DNA of 64,000 bases from Actinomycetes bacterium (lineage in GTDB: Bacteria; Actinomycetota; Actinomycetes; S36-B12): assembly GCA_024641635.1 (NCBI GenBank), contig JAHECS010000001.1:119845-183844 (forward strand). The letters run 5' to 3'. Of the stretch, positions 27,332 through 38,749 are shown piece by piece. A model generated the notes under the pieces. It was not told where the DNA came from, searched no databases, and saw only the letters and a list, made by a program, of their open reading frames with translations. The first letter of the stretch is position 1, and each line of letters begins with the position of its first letter. The position numbers and the translations under genes are program-made.

Positions 27332-28138
27332 TCAGGCCGGGAGAGCCGCCGCCATGGCCGCGACGTCGGGCTCGGACCCGGTCATCAGGCGCACCTGCTC
27401 GACCGCCTGCCACAGCAGCATGTCGCGCCCGCTCGCGACCCGGCCGCTCCCCCACGATGCGGCCAGCGGGGTCGGCCACGGGTGGTACGACGCGTCGAGC
27501 AGTACACCCCCTGCCCCGCCAGCGAGAGCCGCCCAGTCCTCAGCCGCATGCCCGGGGAGAGTGCTGATCACCACGTCAGCCCCGGCTCGAGCCGGATCAG
27601 GGTCGAGGGTCCCCACCCGTGCGCGCAGCCCCATCAGGTGGGCCAGCTCGACGACGTCGGCCGCTGCCGCGGGGCGGCGAGCGCAGACGACCAGCTCGGG
27701 CCGCCCCAGTCGGGCGAGCGCCGCCACGCCACTGCGTGCCGTCGCGCCCGCTCCGAGGAGCGTCGCCGTCCTGGGTGTCGATTCGAGCCCGCTCTCGAGG
27801 AGAGCCTGCGTCATGCCGTACACGTCGGTGTTGGTGCCCCTCCAGCCCGTTCCGGACGGGAGGACGGTGTTGACCGACCGCAGGAGTCGCGCCTCATCAT
27901 CGACGCTGAGCAGGAGCGGGATCACAGCCTGCTTGAGCGGCATCGTGAGCGAGAGGCCGGCCCACGTGGCATCGAGCCGCGCAAGGAAGCCGGGCAGGGT
28001 CTCCTCGTCCACCTCGTACGCGTCGTAGACCCAGTCGAGGCCCAGACTCGCATAGGCGGCCCGGTGAAGGGCAGGCGACAGGGAGTGGGCGATCGGTGAG
28101 CCGAGGACCCCGGCACGGGTCCGCGCTGCATCACCCAT
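27332..28138 (-). CDS. aroE: Shikimate dehydrogenase
   Basis: LGSPIAHSLSP, SLTMPLK, NTD, LGAGATA. Confidence 0.95.
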   Translation of the reverse strand: MGDAARTRAGVLGSPIAHSLSPALHRAAYASLGLDWVYDAYEVDEETLPGFLARLDATWAGLSLTMPLKQAVIPLLLSVDDEARLLRSVNTVLPSGTGWRGTNTDVYGMTQALLESGLESTPRTATLLGAGATARSGVAALARLGRPELVVCARRPAAAADVVELAHLMGLRARVGTLDPDPARAGADVVISTLPGHAAEDWAALAGGAGGVLLDASYHPWPTPLAASWGSGRVASGRDMLLWQAVEQVRLMTGSEPDVAAMAAALPA

Positions 28139-29264
28139 TCGACTGGTCGTCCTGCGCCTGCTGCTGCTCCTTCTCGTACTGGGCGAGGTTGGCCTGGAAC
28201 TCTCGCTTCAGCTCGAGGAACTTCTCGTACGACTTGGCGAACTTGGTCTCACCCGTGCGCGGGTCGACGGAGACGAAGTACAGCCACTTGCCCTTGGCCG
28301 GGTTGAGCGCAGCCTCCATCGCCGCCTCGCCGGGCGAGTTGATCGGCCGCGGAGGCAGGCCGCGCCGCACGTAGGTGTTGTACGGCGAGGAGGTGGCGAG
28401 CTGATCCTCGTTGAGCTGGATGTCGCTGATGCCCAGGGCGTACGAGACCGTCGAGTCGAGCTGGAGCGGCATGTCCGCATCGAGCCGGTTGTAGATGACG
28501 CGAGCCGCCTTGGCGAAGTCACCCGGCGTGACCTCGGCCTGGACCAGCGAGGCCACGATGAGCGCCTGGTAGGGATTGAGTCCGACGTCCTTCGCCCGCT
28601 CCTCGAGGCCGACATCGGCGCTTGCCTGGCTGAAGCGCTTCACCAGCGTTCGGAGTGTGGATCGTGCCGTCTCCTCGCCGGTGAGGTCGTACGTCGCCGG
28701 GAACATGAAGCCCTCGGGACGGTCCTTGGCCCAGTCCGGCAGCCCGAGGGACTTCGGGTTGCGCAGCACCGCCTGGAAGTCGGACTTCGGCAATGATGTC
28801 GCGTCGGCGGCGATGGCCACCGTCTGCTCCAGGCGCAGGCCCTCCGGCAGCACGAGACGGCTGTCCGCACGGGACGAGGGGTCCAGCATGAGCTCGAGAG
28901 CGTCGATCGAGTTCATCTGCCGGCGCATCGTGTACTTGCCCGGCCCGATGCTGGACGCCCGATCGTCGACAGAGGCGGCGTTGACGAAGGACGCGGCGGC
29001 GAGGACGACGCCAGCGTCCTCGAGCTTCTGGCCGATCTCGGTCAGCGTGTCCCCACTCGAGACGACGACGGTGACCTCGCCCGTGCCACCACCGGCGTAC
29101 TCGTCGGCGGTCGGCTCGGGCCCGCGCAGCAGCAGGATGGAGGCACCGATCATGGCCAGCGCCAGCCCGACCGAGATGAGGGCAGCGATGCGCTTGCCCC
29201 ACGAGCTGCGGTTACGCGAAGGAGGCAGCGGATCGGAGGACATCATGGGTGCCAGCTGGCTCAT
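28131..29264 (-). CDS. mltG: Endolytic transglycosylase MltG
   Basis: N-terminal TM helix, EGFMFPATY, ASLVQAE, PYNTY, PPRPINSPG. Confidence 0.95.
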   Translation of the reverse strand: MSQLAPMMSSDPLPPSRNRSSWGKRIAALISVGLALAMIGASILLLRGPEPTADEYAGGGTGEVTVVVSSGDTLTEIGQKLEDAGVVLAAASFVNAASVDDRASSIGPGKYTMRRQMNSIDALELMLDPSSRADSRLVLPEGLRLEQTVAIAADATSLPKSDFQAVLRNPKSLGLPDWAKDRPEGFMFPATYDLTGEETARSTLRTLVKRFSQASADVGLEERAKDVGLNPYQALIVASLVQAEVTPGDFAKAARVIYNRLDADMPLQLDSTVSYALGISDIQLNEDQLATSSPYNTYVRRGLPPRPINSPGEAAMEAALNPAKGKWLYFVSVDPRTGETKFAKSYEKFLELKREFQANLAQYEKEQQQAQDDQSNG

Positions 29265-29722
29265 TCGTTCTCCTCTCGTCTCACGAGCTCGCCCGGCGGC
29301 TCCCCTGCCCGTTGCTCGGCCTCAAGGACCGACTGCAGCACCATGACAGCAGAAGCACTGTCGATGAGGGACCGCGACTGGCGTGTCGAGCGCCCGCCGG
29401 CTCGCAGGGCGCGCTGCGCCTGCACGGTGGAGAGCCGCTCGTCCATCAGACGAACCGGCACGTCGATGCGTTCCGCCAGATCTGCTGCCCAGGACCGGAC
29501 GAGACCGGCGGACGTGCCTTCGACCCCACTCAGGTGCAGGGGCAGGCCCACGTAGACGTCGCTGGCCTCCCACTCGTTCACGAGCGCGGCCACCGCATCC
29601 ATCGACCCATCCCCCGCCCGCACAGCGTCGAGGGGAACCGCGAGGAGGCCCGAGGCATCGCTGCGGGCCACCCCGATCCGCGCGGAGCCGACATCGAGGG
29701 CGAGTCGGACCCCCGGGCGCAT
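29261..29722 (-). CDS. ruvX: Holliday junction resolvase-like / pre-16S rRNA nuclease RuvX (YqgF)
   Basis: LALDVGSARIGVA, DERLST, IDSASA. Confidence 0.95.
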   Translation of the reverse strand: MRPGVRLALDVGSARIGVARSDASGLLAVPLDAVRAGDGSMDAVAALVNEWEASDVYVGLPLHLSGVEGTSAGLVRSWAADLAERIDVPVRLMDERLSTVQAQRALRAGGRSTRQSRSLIDSASAVMVLQSVLEAEQRAGEPPGELVRREENE

Positions 29723-29726
29723 GCGG

Positions 29727-32402
29727 CTACTGCCCCGTCCGGCCGTGGATGAGCGACTCGACGGCGGCGAAGGCGGGCCCGATGCCCTCGGGGTCCGTCC
29801 CGCCACCCTGGGCGAAGTCGTCCTTGCCACCGCCCCGACCCGAGACGGCCGGAAGGGCCACCTGGAGCATGGCGTTCGCCGTGACGCCGAGGGCCACGGC
29901 CTCCGGCGAGGCACCCGTGACGATAGCGACCTTCCCGTCCGAGACGGCCGCGCCGACGAGGACCGCGGGGATGTCGGCACGACTGCGCCCCTTGGCCTTC
30001 ACCACGAGCTCGCGCAGATCACCGCCCGACGTTCCGTCCGGCGCACGGAAGGCCCACATCCGGACGGGCCCGATGTCCTTGCCCTCGCCGACGATGCCGT
30101 CGATGCTCGCGGTGAGCTGCGCACTGCGAACCTTGGCGAGATCGCGCTCCGCATCCTTGAGCGAGGCGATGGTCCGCTCGACCCGTTCCACGAGCTGGTC
30201 GGCGGGAGCCTTCACGAGCTCGGAGAGACGGGACACGAGCACGTGCTCGCGGGCGAGGAACTGGTACGCGTCAGCGCCGACGAGCGCCTCCACACGTCGT
30301 ACTCCGGCGCCGATCGAGCCCTCGGACAGGAAGGTGACGACCCCGAGCTGACCTGACCGCTGGGCATGCGTGCCACCGCAGAGCTCGTGGGCCCAGTCGC
30401 CGACAGACACCACACGGACCCGGTCGCCGTACTTCTCCCCGAACAGGGCCATGGCGCCCATGGCTCGCGCCTCGTCCTGCGTCATGGTGTGCGCGGACAC
30501 CGACAGGTCCTCGATGAGGACCTCGTTGACGTGCTGCTCCACCTCACGCAGGACGGCCGGGGCCACGGGAGCGGGGCTGGGGAAGTCGAAGCGGAGACGC
30601 CCGGGAGCGTTCTCCGAGCCCATCTGCGTCGCGGTGTCGCCCAGGCGCTCCCGGAACGCCCGGTGGATCATGTGGGTCGCCGTATGGGCGCGGGAGATGG
30701 CGCGTCGGCGCCCGGCGTCGACCTCGCTCGCGACCGTCGTGCCACTGACCAGCTCGCCGTCGATGACCTCCCCACGGTGGACGAAGAGCCCGGGCACGGG
30801 GGTCTGGACGTCGTACACGTCCACCACCGCCCCGTCGCCGCTGACCAGCCGGCCGTGATCGCCCAGCTGACCACCGGCCTCGGCGTAGAAGGGGGTGCGG
30901 TTGAGGACGATCTCGACGTGCTCACCCACGCGGGCGGCCGGAACGGTCTCGCCGTCCTTGACGATCCCGATGACCTGGGACTCGCTCACGGACTCCGTGT
31001 AGCCGGTGAAGGTCGTCGTCCCGCCCACCTGAAGGATCTCGCGGTAGGCGGTCGTCGCGGCGACCCCGCTCTTGCGCGCCTGCGAGTCGGCCTTGGCGCG
31101 CTCCCGCTGCTGCTGCATGAGCCGCCGGAAGCCCTCCTCATCAACGCTGAGTCCCTGCTCCGCAGCCATCTCGAGGGTCAGGTCGATTGGGAAGCCGTAC
31201 GTGTCGTGCAGGGCGAAGGCCTGGTCTCCCGGCAGCCTCTTCGAACCCGCCGCCCTGAGGTCGGCGACCGCCGTGTCGAAGATCGTCGTTCCGGTGCGGA
31301 GCGTCTGCAGGAAGGCAGCCTCCTCGCCGACCGCGATCTGCCGGACGCGATTGGCCTCGTCATTGAGCTCCGGGTACTGCGGGGCCATCGTCGCCACAGT
31401 CGCGTCGACGAGCTCCCTCATCGTCGCCTCGTGCGCGCCCAGGAGGCGCATCATCCGGATGGTGCGACGCATGAGCCGGCGGAGCACGTAGCCACGGCCC
31501 TCGTTCCCGGGGATCACCCCATCGCCGATGAGGAACACGCACGTCCGGGCGTGGTCGGCGACGACCCGCAGCGCGACGTCGTCGCGTTCGTTGGCCCCGT
31601 AGCGCGCGCCGCTCAGCTCGCAGGCACGATCGAGGATTCCCCTCGTCGTGTCGATCTCGTAGAGATTGTCGACCCCCTGCAGGACGGTCGCCATGCGCTC
31701 GAGACCCATGCCGGTGTCGATGTTCCTCGCCGGGAGCGGCTGCTTGATGTCGAAGTCCATCTTGGAACGCACCGCTGACAGTTCGTCCTGCATGAAGACC
31801 AGGTTCCACACCTCGAGGTAGCGATCCTCGTCGGCCTCGGGCCCACCCTCGCGCCCGTGCTCCGGACCGCGGTCGTAGTAGATCTCCGAGCAGGGGCCGC
31901 CCGGTCCCGGCACGCCCATGGACCAGTAGTTGTCCTTGGCACTGCGACGCTGGATGCGATCCAGCGGCAGGCCCACAACGCGATGCCAGATGTCCAGCGC
32001 CTCATCGTCGTCCTGGTAGACGGTGGCCCAGAGCTTCTCCTCGGGGAAGCCGTAGCCGCCGTCGGCGACCGGCTTCGTGAGCAGCTCCCAGGCGAGCGGG
32101 ATCGCCCCCTCCTTGAAGTAGTCGCCGAAGGAGAAGTTCCCGGCCATCTGGAAGAAGGAGGCATGCCGGGCGGTCTTGCCCACCTCCTCGATGTCCAGAG
32201 TGCGAACCACCTTCTGCACGCTGGTCGCGCGGGGGTAGGGCGGCGGCGCCTCTCCGAGGAAGTACGGCTTGAAGGGCACCATGCCCGCATTGACGAAGAG
32301 CAGCGTCGGGTCGTCGAGCAGCAGCGACGCCGAAGGGACCACCTGGTGCCCGCGGTCGGCGAAGTAACGAAGGAAGCGGCTACGGATCTCGGCGGAGTCC
32401 AT
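29727..32402 (-). CDS. alaS: Alanine--tRNA ligase
   Basis: LLFVNAGMVPFK, IDTGMGLER, HTATH editing motif, ELCGGTH, GGGK; start ATG 32402 or GTG 32405. Confidence 0.98.
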   Translation of the reverse strand: MDSAEIRSRFLRYFADRGHQVVPSASLLLDDPTLLFVNAGMVPFKPYFLGEAPPPYPRATSVQKVVRTLDIEEVGKTARHASFFQMAGNFSFGDYFKEGAIPLAWELLTKPVADGGYGFPEEKLWATVYQDDDEALDIWHRVVGLPLDRIQRRSAKDNYWSMGVPGPGGPCSEIYYDRGPEHGREGGPEADEDRYLEVWNLVFMQDELSAVRSKMDFDIKQPLPARNIDTGMGLERMATVLQGVDNLYEIDTTRGILDRACELSGARYGANERDDVALRVVADHARTCVFLIGDGVIPGNEGRGYVLRRLMRRTIRMMRLLGAHEATMRELVDATVATMAPQYPELNDEANRVRQIAVGEEAAFLQTLRTGTTIFDTAVADLRAAGSKRLPGDQAFALHDTYGFPIDLTLEMAAEQGLSVDEEGFRRLMQQQRERAKADSQARKSGVAATTAYREILQVGGTTTFTGYTESVSESQVIGIVKDGETVPAARVGEHVEIVLNRTPFYAEAGGQLGDHGRLVSGDGAVVDVYDVQTPVPGLFVHRGEVIDGELVSGTTVASEVDAGRRRAISRAHTATHMIHRAFRERLGDTATQMGSENAPGRLRFDFPSPAPVAPAVLREVEQHVNEVLIEDLSVSAHTMTQDEARAMGAMALFGEKYGDRVRVVSVGDWAHELCGGTHAQRSGQLGVVTFLSEGSIGAGVRRVEALVGADAYQFLAREHVLVSRLSELVKAPADQLVERVERTIASLKDAERDLAKVRSAQLTASIDGIVGEGKDIGPVRMWAFRAPDGTSGGDLRELVVKAKGRSRADIPAVLVGAAVSDGKVAIVTGASPEAVALGVTANAMLQVALPAVSGRGGGKDDFAQGGGTDPEGIGPAFAAVESLIHGRTGQ

Positions 32403-32404
32403 CA

Positions 32405-32668
32405 CTACTCCCCGTGGCCAGCGCCGCGCAGGACGCGTGCGGCCGCCGATCCCGGGGTCGCCGCCTGACGTTCGCGCGGGTCGACGGCTGATGCGGCGCC
32501 GCCCGCCATGGCGCGAGCCGCATTGAGCGCGGTCACCGCGGACAGCCCGACCTGCTGTGCGCTGAGCACCACGCCGCGCTCACGGGCATCGGCCACGGCC
32601 TGCTGGGCGCGCCGGTAGACGACGATGCCACCGGCCGCACCCACGGCGATCCAGACGATCCTTCGCAT
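32405..32668 (-). CDS. Small membrane-anchored hypothetical protein upstream of alaS
   Basis: MRRIVWIAVGAAGGIVVYRRA N-terminal anchor; stop adjoins alaS start. Confidence 0.75.
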   Translation of the reverse strand: MRRIVWIAVGAAGGIVVYRRAQQAVADARERGVVLSAQQVGLSAVTALNAARAMAGGAASAVDPRERQAATPGSAAARVLRGAGHGE

Positions 32669-32679
32669 GAGGCCCAACC

Positions 32680-34017
32680 CTAACGGTCGTCGCTTCGACG
32701 CAGCTCTCGCAGGCGGGCGTCGACGTCCGCCCACGCGGCCTCGGCCCCGTGCCTCGTCGGGTGGTAGTACACCCGGTCGACGAGCTCGTCCGGGAGGTGC
32801 TGCTGGGGGGCGACGCCGCCGGGGAGGTCGTGCGGATAGACATAGCCGGCACCGTGACCGAGGCGCCCCGCACCCGGGTAGTGCGCGTCCCGGAGGTGCG
32901 CGGGCACGCGACCGATCCCGCCGGCCCGCACGTCGGCGGTCGCCTCGCCCAGGCCGACGACGACGGCATTGGACTTCGGCGCGAGGGCAGCGTGGATCGT
33001 GGCGTGCGCGAGGATGATCCCTGCCTCGGGCATGCCCACCATCGCCACCGCCTGGGCTGCCGCCACGGCCGTCTGCAGCACGGTTGGCTCGGCCATGCCG
33101 ATGTCCTCGCTGGCCAGGATCATCAGGCGGCGCGCCACGAAGCGCGGGTCCTCCCCCGCCTCGAGCATGCGGGCGAGGTAGTGCAGCGCGGCGTCCGGAT
33201 CGCTGCCACGCACGCTCTTGATGAAGGCACTGGTGACGTCGTAGTGCTGGTCGCCGTCCTTGTCGTACAGGATGGCCGCCTGCTGGACGGCGCGCTCGGC
33301 GTCCGAGCGGGTGACGCGCACCTGCCCCTCGGGTCCGGCCACGGCCGACGCTGCCGCCGCCTCCAGGCCGGTGAGCGCCCGCCGGACGTCGCCGTTCGCC
33401 GTCCGGACGAGGTGGGCCAGCGCCTCCTCGTCGACGGCCACCGACCCACCGAGGCCGCGAGGGTCGTCGATGGCCCGCGCGAGGAGCGCCGCCACGTGCT
33501 CACTCGTCAGAGGCGACAACCGCACCATGACGCTTCGGGACATCAGGGGTGCGATGACCGAGAAGCTCGGGTTCTCCGTCGTCGCAGCGATGAGGGTGAC
33601 CCAGCCGTTCTCCACGGCCGGGAGCAGGGCGTCCTGCTGGCTCTTGCTGAACCGGTGCACCTCGTCGATGAACAGGACGGTGCCGCGTCCGTGCATGGCC
33701 AGGCCGTCCCGGGCCCGCTCGATCACCGCGCGCACATCCTTGACCCCTGCGGTGACGGCGGACAGCTCGACGAAGGACCGGCCGCTGCCCGCGGACAGGA
33801 GGGTGGCCAGCGTGGTCTTCCCGGTGCCGGGCGGCCCCCAGAGGATGACCGACACGACTGCTGCCTCGGCCGGGGCGGTGAGGAGTGTCCGCAGGGGCGA
33901 ACCCGGAGCGAGGGCGGCCTCCTGACCGACGACCTCGTCCAAGGTGCGCGGCCGCATCCGGACCGCGAGCGGCGCCGACGCCCGGGACCCGGAGAGCCCG
34001 TCGTCGAACAGCGTCAT
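32680..34017 (-). CDS. rarA: Replication-associated recombination protein A (RarA/MgsA)
   Basis: [45 protein letters not shown]. Confidence 0.96.
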   Translation of the reverse strand: MTLFDDGLSGSRASAPLAVRMRPRTLDEVVGQEAALAPGSPLRTLLTAPAEAAVVSVILWGPPGTGKTTLATLLSAGSGRSFVELSAVTAGVKDVRAVIERARDGLAMHGRGTVLFIDEVHRFSKSQQDALLPAVENGWVTLIAATTENPSFSVIAPLMSRSVMVRLSPLTSEHVAALLARAIDDPRGLGGSVAVDEEALAHLVRTANGDVRRALTGLEAAAASAVAGPEGQVRVTRSDAERAVQQAAILYDKDGDQHYDVTSAFIKSVRGSDPDAALHYLARMLEAGEDPRFVARRLMILASEDIGMAEPTVLQTAVAAAQAVAMVGMPEAGIILAHATIHAALAPKSNAVVVGLGEATADVRAGGIGRVPAHLRDAHYPGAGRLGHGAGYVYPHDLPGGVAPQQHLPDELVDRVYYHPTRHGAEAAWADVDARLRELRRSDDR

Positions 34018-34032
34018 GCCCGAACCCTACGT

Positions 34033-34108
34033 CCGCCGAGAGGCAAGCAGTGGTCGCGCCGGGGGCCCTTGGGGGCCGGTTTCACGACCACGACGTGCCT
34101 CTCGGCGG
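34033..34108. repeat. REP-like palindrome, family copy C (solo)
   Basis: CCGCCGAGAGGCA (34033-34045) pairs with TGCCTCTCGGCGG (34096-34108); inner GTGGTCG/CGACCAC arms; same arms as copies A and B. Confidence 0.88.
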
Positions 34109-34831
34109 GAGGGCGTGCGCGAGCAGGCCCGAGCGGTACCTCCCCACCTCGGTGAAGCCCAGCGCCCCGTAGGTCCTTCGGCCGGCCTCGTTCGCGACAT
34201 ACATCTCGAGAACGAGCATCGGCGCCCTCTCCTCCACCGCCGCCCGCATGATCCGCAGGCACACCTGGCGTGCCAGCCCCCGCCCCCGGTACTCCGGATC
34301 TGTGCACACGCTGACGATGTGAGCCGCTCCTGACGGCTCCCGGACCTGGGCGGCCACGGACACCAGCCGGTCATCCTCCAGGACGCCCACCCAACGCTCG
34401 AGCCGCGGATTGCCGGGGAAGATGTGGGCGGAGTCCGAGTACTCGAGAAGCGGACCGATGCGGGGGTCGTCCATCGCGAGGTCGACCGCAACGTCCGGGC
34501 CGACGACCGCCTCGGCGGGGTCCAGGGTCCAGAAGCACCAGTGGCCGGGGTCGGGACTCTGCAGGGCCACAGGCAGCAGCTCGAAGGCGTCCTCGGTGAC
34601 CGTGACTCCGTCGACCTCGTGATCGCCGGACAGTGCCTCGACCAGTTCCGCCACGACGCGCGGCTCGTCGCCCAGTCCGGTGACCCACTTCTCGCCCGGC
34701 CTCGCGGCCCGACCGAGCCAGGCAACGTTCCCCCCTTGCGCGAGGATCGCCGGGGGTTGCCGGTCGGCGACCATCCACCTGACCAGCGGGTCGTCGGGGC
34801 GGACGTCCCTCGCGTGGGTCGGCGCGCTCAC
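34082..34831 (-). CDS. GNAT family N-acetyltransferase (FR47-like C-terminal domain)
   Basis: [14 protein letters not shown] acetyl-CoA motif, [13 protein letters not shown]; start overlaps aspS stop. Confidence 0.88.
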   Translation of the reverse strand: MSAPTHARDVRPDDPLVRWMVADRQPPAILAQGGNVAWLGRAARPGEKWVTGLGDEPRVVAELVEALSGDHEVDGVTVTEDAFELLPVALQSPDPGHWCFWTLDPAEAVVGPDVAVDLAMDDPRIGPLLEYSDSAHIFPGNPRLERWVGVLEDDRLVSVAAQVREPSGAAHIVSVCTDPEYRGRGLARQVCLRIMRAAVEERAPMLVLEMYVANEAGRRTYGALGFTEVGRYRSGLLAHALPPRGTSWS

Positions 34832-36573
34832 TCCTCGTCGTCGGGCACGGCGTCGATGCCGGCCTCGGCGCGCTGTGCCGCGGTGATCGGGGTGGGAGCG
34901 CCGGTCAGCGGATCCTGCCCGCCGCCCGTCTTCGGGAAGGCGATGACGTCGCGGATGGACGAGGCGCCCGCGAGCAGCATGCAGATCCGGTCGAGGCCGT
35001 ACGCGATCCCGCCGTGTGGTGGCGGGCCGTACTGGAAGGCATCGAGCAGGAAGCCGAACTTCTCCTGGGCCTCGGCGCCCGAAAGCCCCAGCAGCGCGAA
35101 AACCCGCTGCTGGACGTCTCCCTGGTGGATACGCACGGATCCGCCGCCGATCTCGTTGCCGTTGCAGACGAGGTCATAGGCCCACGCGAGCGCCTCCCCG
35201 GGGGACTCCTCGAAGCGGTCGAGCCACTCGTCGTTGGGCGACGTGAACGGGTGGTGCACCGCCGTCCAGCCGAGGACGACTCCGTCCTCGACGGCCTCCT
35301 CGAACATCGGCGCGTCGATCACCCAGACGAACGACCACTGCGACTCGTCGATCAGCCCGAGCCGGCGCCCGATCTCAAGGCGCGCTGCTCCGAGCAGGGC
35401 GCGGGCATCCGAGATGCGGCCGGCCGCGAAGAACACCGCGTCTCCGGGACCGGCCCCTGCCGCGGCCGCAAGTCCCGCTCGCTCGTCGTCGCTGATGTTC
35501 TTCGCCACGGGGCCGCCCAGCGTGCCGTCCTCGCCGACGGTGACGTAGGCGAGTCCCCTCGCGCCCCGCTGCTTGGCCCACTCCTGCCACGCGTCGAACT
35601 GCTTCCGCGGCTGGTCGGCACCGCCCGGCATGACCACCGCTCCGACGTACTCGGCCTGGAACACCCGGAACGGCGTGCCGGAGAAGAACGCGGTGAGGTC
35701 GACAAGCTCGACCCCGAAGCGAAGGTCCGGCTTGTCCGTTCCGAATCGGCGCATCGCCTCGGCGTAGGTCATGTGCGGGACCTCGCCGATGTCGTAGCCC
35801 AGGATCCCCTGCCACAACGCCCTGATGACCTCTTCGCCAACCTCGATGACGTCTGCCTGCTCCACGAAGGACATCTCGATGTCGAGCTGGGTGAACTCCG
35901 GCTGGCGGTCGCCTCGGAAGTCCTCGTCGCGGTAGCACCGTGCGATCTGGAAGTACCGTTCCATGCCCGCCACCATGAGCAGCTGCTTGAACAGCTGGGG
36001 GGACTGCGGCAGCGCGTACCAGTGGCCGGGCTGGAGGCGCACCGGGACGAGGAAGTCGCGGGCTCCCTCCGGGGTGGATCGGGTGAGCGTCGGTGTCTCG
36101 ATCTCGAGGAAGTCGCGCTCGAGCAGGATGTTGCGGCAGATCTGGTTCACCCGCGAACGCATCCGGATGGCGTCACCCGCGCTCTGACGACGCAGGTCGA
36201 GGTATCGGTGCCGCAGCCGCACCTCCTCGCCCACCGTGACCCGATCGTCGATGGGGAAGGGCAGCGGAGCCGCGGTCGAGAGCACCTCGACGGCCTCCGC
36301 CATCACCTCGATCTCTCCGGTGGCCAGATCGGGGTTCTCGTTGCCCTCGGGCCGACGGCCCACCGTACCGACGACCCTGATGCAGAACTCGTCGCGAAGG
36401 GGGTGAGCCACCTCGGGATCGTGGACGACCACCTGCACCACGCCGCTCGCGTCCCGCAGGTCGAGGAAGGCGACGCCGCCATGGTCGCGTCGGCTGGCCA
36501 CCCATCCGGCGAGCGTGACCTGCTGCCCGGCGTCGGCGGACCCGAGCGAGCCTGCAGTGTGGGTGCGAATCAC
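34828..36573 (-). CDS. aspS: Aspartate--tRNA ligase (probably non-discriminating Asp/Asn)
   Basis: [40 protein letters not shown]. Confidence 0.97.
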   Translation of the reverse strand: MIRTHTAGSLGSADAGQQVTLAGWVASRRDHGGVAFLDLRDASGVVQVVVHDPEVAHPLRDEFCIRVVGTVGRRPEGNENPDLATGEIEVMAEAVEVLSTAAPLPFPIDDRVTVGEEVRLRHRYLDLRRQSAGDAIRMRSRVNQICRNILLERDFLEIETPTLTRSTPEGARDFLVPVRLQPGHWYALPQSPQLFKQLLMVAGMERYFQIARCYRDEDFRGDRQPEFTQLDIEMSFVEQADVIEVGEEVIRALWQGILGYDIGEVPHMTYAEAMRRFGTDKPDLRFGVELVDLTAFFSGTPFRVFQAEYVGAVVMPGGADQPRKQFDAWQEWAKQRGARGLAYVTVGEDGTLGGPVAKNISDDERAGLAAAAGAGPGDAVFFAAGRISDARALLGAARLEIGRRLGLIDESQWSFVWVIDAPMFEEAVEDGVVLGWTAVHHPFTSPNDEWLDRFEESPGEALAWAYDLVCNGNEIGGGSVRIHQGDVQQRVFALLGLSGAEAQEKFGFLLDAFQYGPPPHGGIAYGLDRICMLLAGASSIRDVIAFPKTGGGQDPLTGAPTPITAAQRAEAGIDAVPDDEE

Positions 36574-37913
36574 GGACGTGCCTCCTGGCTGGACGAGGGA
36601 GTGACGGTGGGATGCAGGTCGGAGATGTGCGGCGACCACGAGTCGGCCTCGGCCGACACCTGGTCTCCCGTTCGGATGTCCTTGACGGTGTCCCCCGCCA
36701 CGTCAGGGAACCAGACGAAGGGGATCCCCCGGCGGTCGGCGTGACGGATCTGCTTGCCGAACTTGTCGGCGGCAGGTGCCACCTCGCAGGGTATTCCGCG
36801 CGCCCGCAGACGCGACGCCACGATCTCGCTGTCGGCGCGGGCGTCCTCATCCACGACGGCGACGAGAACAGCGGAGGGAACGGACCGGGACACCTCGACG
36901 AGGTCTCGGCCCAGCAGGATCGACACGAGTCTCGTCACGCCGAGCGAGATCCCGACTCCCGGGTAGGTCTGCCGCCCGTCCGAGGCAAGGGAGTCGTAGC
37001 GGCCGCCCGAGGCGATGGAGCCGACTGATTCGTGGCCCACCAGCTGCGTCTCGTAGACCGTGCCCGTGTAGTAGTCGAGTCCCCGTGCGATGCGCAGGTC
37101 CGCCACGACGGATCCGGGCCTCCGGGCATTGGCGCCGGTGACCACCGCGGCCAGCTCGGCGACGCCCTCGTCCATCATCGGGTCGGCGACGCCCAGGGAC
37201 ATGACGGCGTCGGCGAAGGAGTCGTCCACCGTTCGGATCGATGCCATGCGAAGGCAGGTCTCGGCGGCGCTGGCGGACAGGCCGGCATCCGTCTCGAGCA
37301 GCCGTGCGACTCCTTCAGCGCCGATCTTGTCCAGCTTGTCGATGGCGCGCAGCACCGACGCGGCGTCGGGGGCGCCCACCCCGCGGTAGAAGCCCTCGGC
37401 GAGCTTGCGGTTGTTGACCTGGATCACAGCAGGCGGGATGGGGAGGTCGGCCAGCACGCTCGACATGACGACGGCCATCTCGACCTCGTGGTGGAAGGAC
37501 AGCGCGTCGCGCCCGACGACGTCGATGTCCGCCTGGGTGAACTCGCGGAACCGGCCCTCCTGCGGCCGCTCCCCCCGCCACACCTTCTGGATCTGGTAGC
37601 GACGGAACGGGAACTCGAGCTGGCCTGCATGCTCGAGGACGTAGCGGGCGAACGGCACGGTGAGGTCGAAGTGCAGTCCCAGGCCAGGATCGGCCTCGCT
37701 CTGCGCCGCGTGCAGGCGGCGGAGGACGTACACCTCCTTGTCGATCTCCCCCTTGCGAAGCATCGTCTCCAGAGGTTCGACCGAACGCGTCTCCAGCCCC
37801 GCGAAGCCGTGCAGCTCGAACACGCGACGGGCGGTGTCCAGGACGAGCTGCTCGACCACCTGCCCGGCCGGCAGCCACTCGGGGAACCCTGACAACTTCG
37901 ATGACCGCGCCAC
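36570..37913 (-). CDS. hisS: Histidine--tRNA ligase
   Basis: [31 protein letters not shown]. Confidence 0.97.
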   Translation of the reverse strand: MARSSKLSGFPEWLPAGQVVEQLVLDTARRVFELHGFAGLETRSVEPLETMLRKGEIDKEVYVLRRLHAAQSEADPGLGLHFDLTVPFARYVLEHAGQLEFPFRRYQIQKVWRGERPQEGRFREFTQADIDVVGRDALSFHHEVEMAVVMSSVLADLPIPPAVIQVNNRKLAEGFYRGVGAPDAASVLRAIDKLDKIGAEGVARLLETDAGLSASAAETCLRMASIRTVDDSFADAVMSLGVADPMMDEGVAELAAVVTGANARRPGSVVADLRIARGLDYYTGTVYETQLVGHESVGSIASGGRYDSLASDGRQTYPGVGISLGVTRLVSILLGRDLVEVSRSVPSAVLVAVVDEDARADSEIVASRLRARGIPCEVAPAADKFGKQIRHADRRGIPFVWFPDVAGDTVKDIRTGDQVSAEADSWSPHISDLHPTVTPSSSQEARP

Positions 37914-37914
37914 G

Positions 37915-38613
37915 TCACAGGCCCTTTGCGTTTCGGGGCACGGTGGCGTCGGCGAGCAGGGGCACCAGGTAGGGATTGGTCGCCTTCTCCTGCCCGATGG
38001 TGGTCTGCGGCCCGTGGCCGGGAAGGACGACGAGGTCGTCGGGAGCGGGAACGATCACCCGCCGAAGGGACTCGATCATCCGGGCGTGATCGCCTCCCGG
38101 AAGGTCGGTGCGGCCGATCGAGCCGGCGAAGAGGACGTCACCGCTGAACATCAGCTCGTCGAGCTCGAACACCGCGGAGCCCTCGGTGTGACCCGGGGCA
38201 TGGCGGACGCGGAGCCGCATGCCGGCCAGCTCCAGGGTCTGCTCGTCGTGAAGCACCTGAACGTCCGAGGGCTCGGTGAGCTCCAGTGAGTTCTTGGTCA
38301 TGGCCAGGAGCTGCTCGCGTGCGGCCGCGAAGCTCGTTCCGGCGGGGTCAGCGAGGCGACCGCGGTCGTCGGCGTGGATCAGGGCGGGCACGTCGAACTC
38401 GGCCGACAGGGGGGCCACCGACCACACATGGTCGATGTGCCCGTGGGTGAGGAGCACGGCGGCGGGCGCCAGCCGATGCTCGCGGAGGATGTCGTGGACT
38501 CCATCGATCGAGTCCTGACCCGGATCGATGATCAGGCACGGCTGGCCGGGGCCCGGGGCGATGACGTAGCAGTTGGTCGCCCAGGAGCCCGCGGGAAAGC
38601 CAGCAATCAGCAC
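37915..38613 (-). CDS. MBL-fold metallo-hydrolase (glyoxalase II-like)
   Basis: THGHIDH, GHTEGS, FSGDVLF, PGHG; GTG 38613 preceded by GAGGGG RBS. Confidence 0.92.
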   Translation of the reverse strand: MLIAGFPAGSWATNCYVIAPGPGQPCLIIDPGQDSIDGVHDILREHRLAPAAVLLTHGHIDHVWSVAPLSAEFDVPALIHADDRGRLADPAGTSFAAAREQLLAMTKNSLELTEPSDVQVLHDEQTLELAGMRLRVRHAPGHTEGSAVFELDELMFSGDVLFAGSIGRTDLPGGDHARMIESLRRVIVPAPDDLVVLPGHGPQTTIGQEKATNPYLVPLLADATVPRNAKGL

Positions 38614-38650
38614 GTCCAGCCCCTCAGTGTCTCGGAGGCGCCAGCCTATC

Positions 38651-38749
38651 GGCGAGGTCGGCGAGGTCACGAGCGGCCGGACAGGCGAGGTCGGCGAGGT
38701 CACGAGCGGCCGGACAGGCGCGGTCGGGGAGGTCACGGGCAGGCGGGCG
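38651..38749. repeat. 33-bp tandem repeat (2 perfect plus 1 degenerate units) with internal 9-bp repeats
   Basis: GGCGAGGTC-GGCGAGGTC-ACGAGCGGCCGGACA at 38651 and 38684; degenerate third unit 38717-38749. Confidence 0.9.

Noticed and set aside
38651-38749. 33-bp repeat as a possible CRISPR array
   Set aside because: Units are head-to-tail with no unique spacers, and there are no cas genes in the window.
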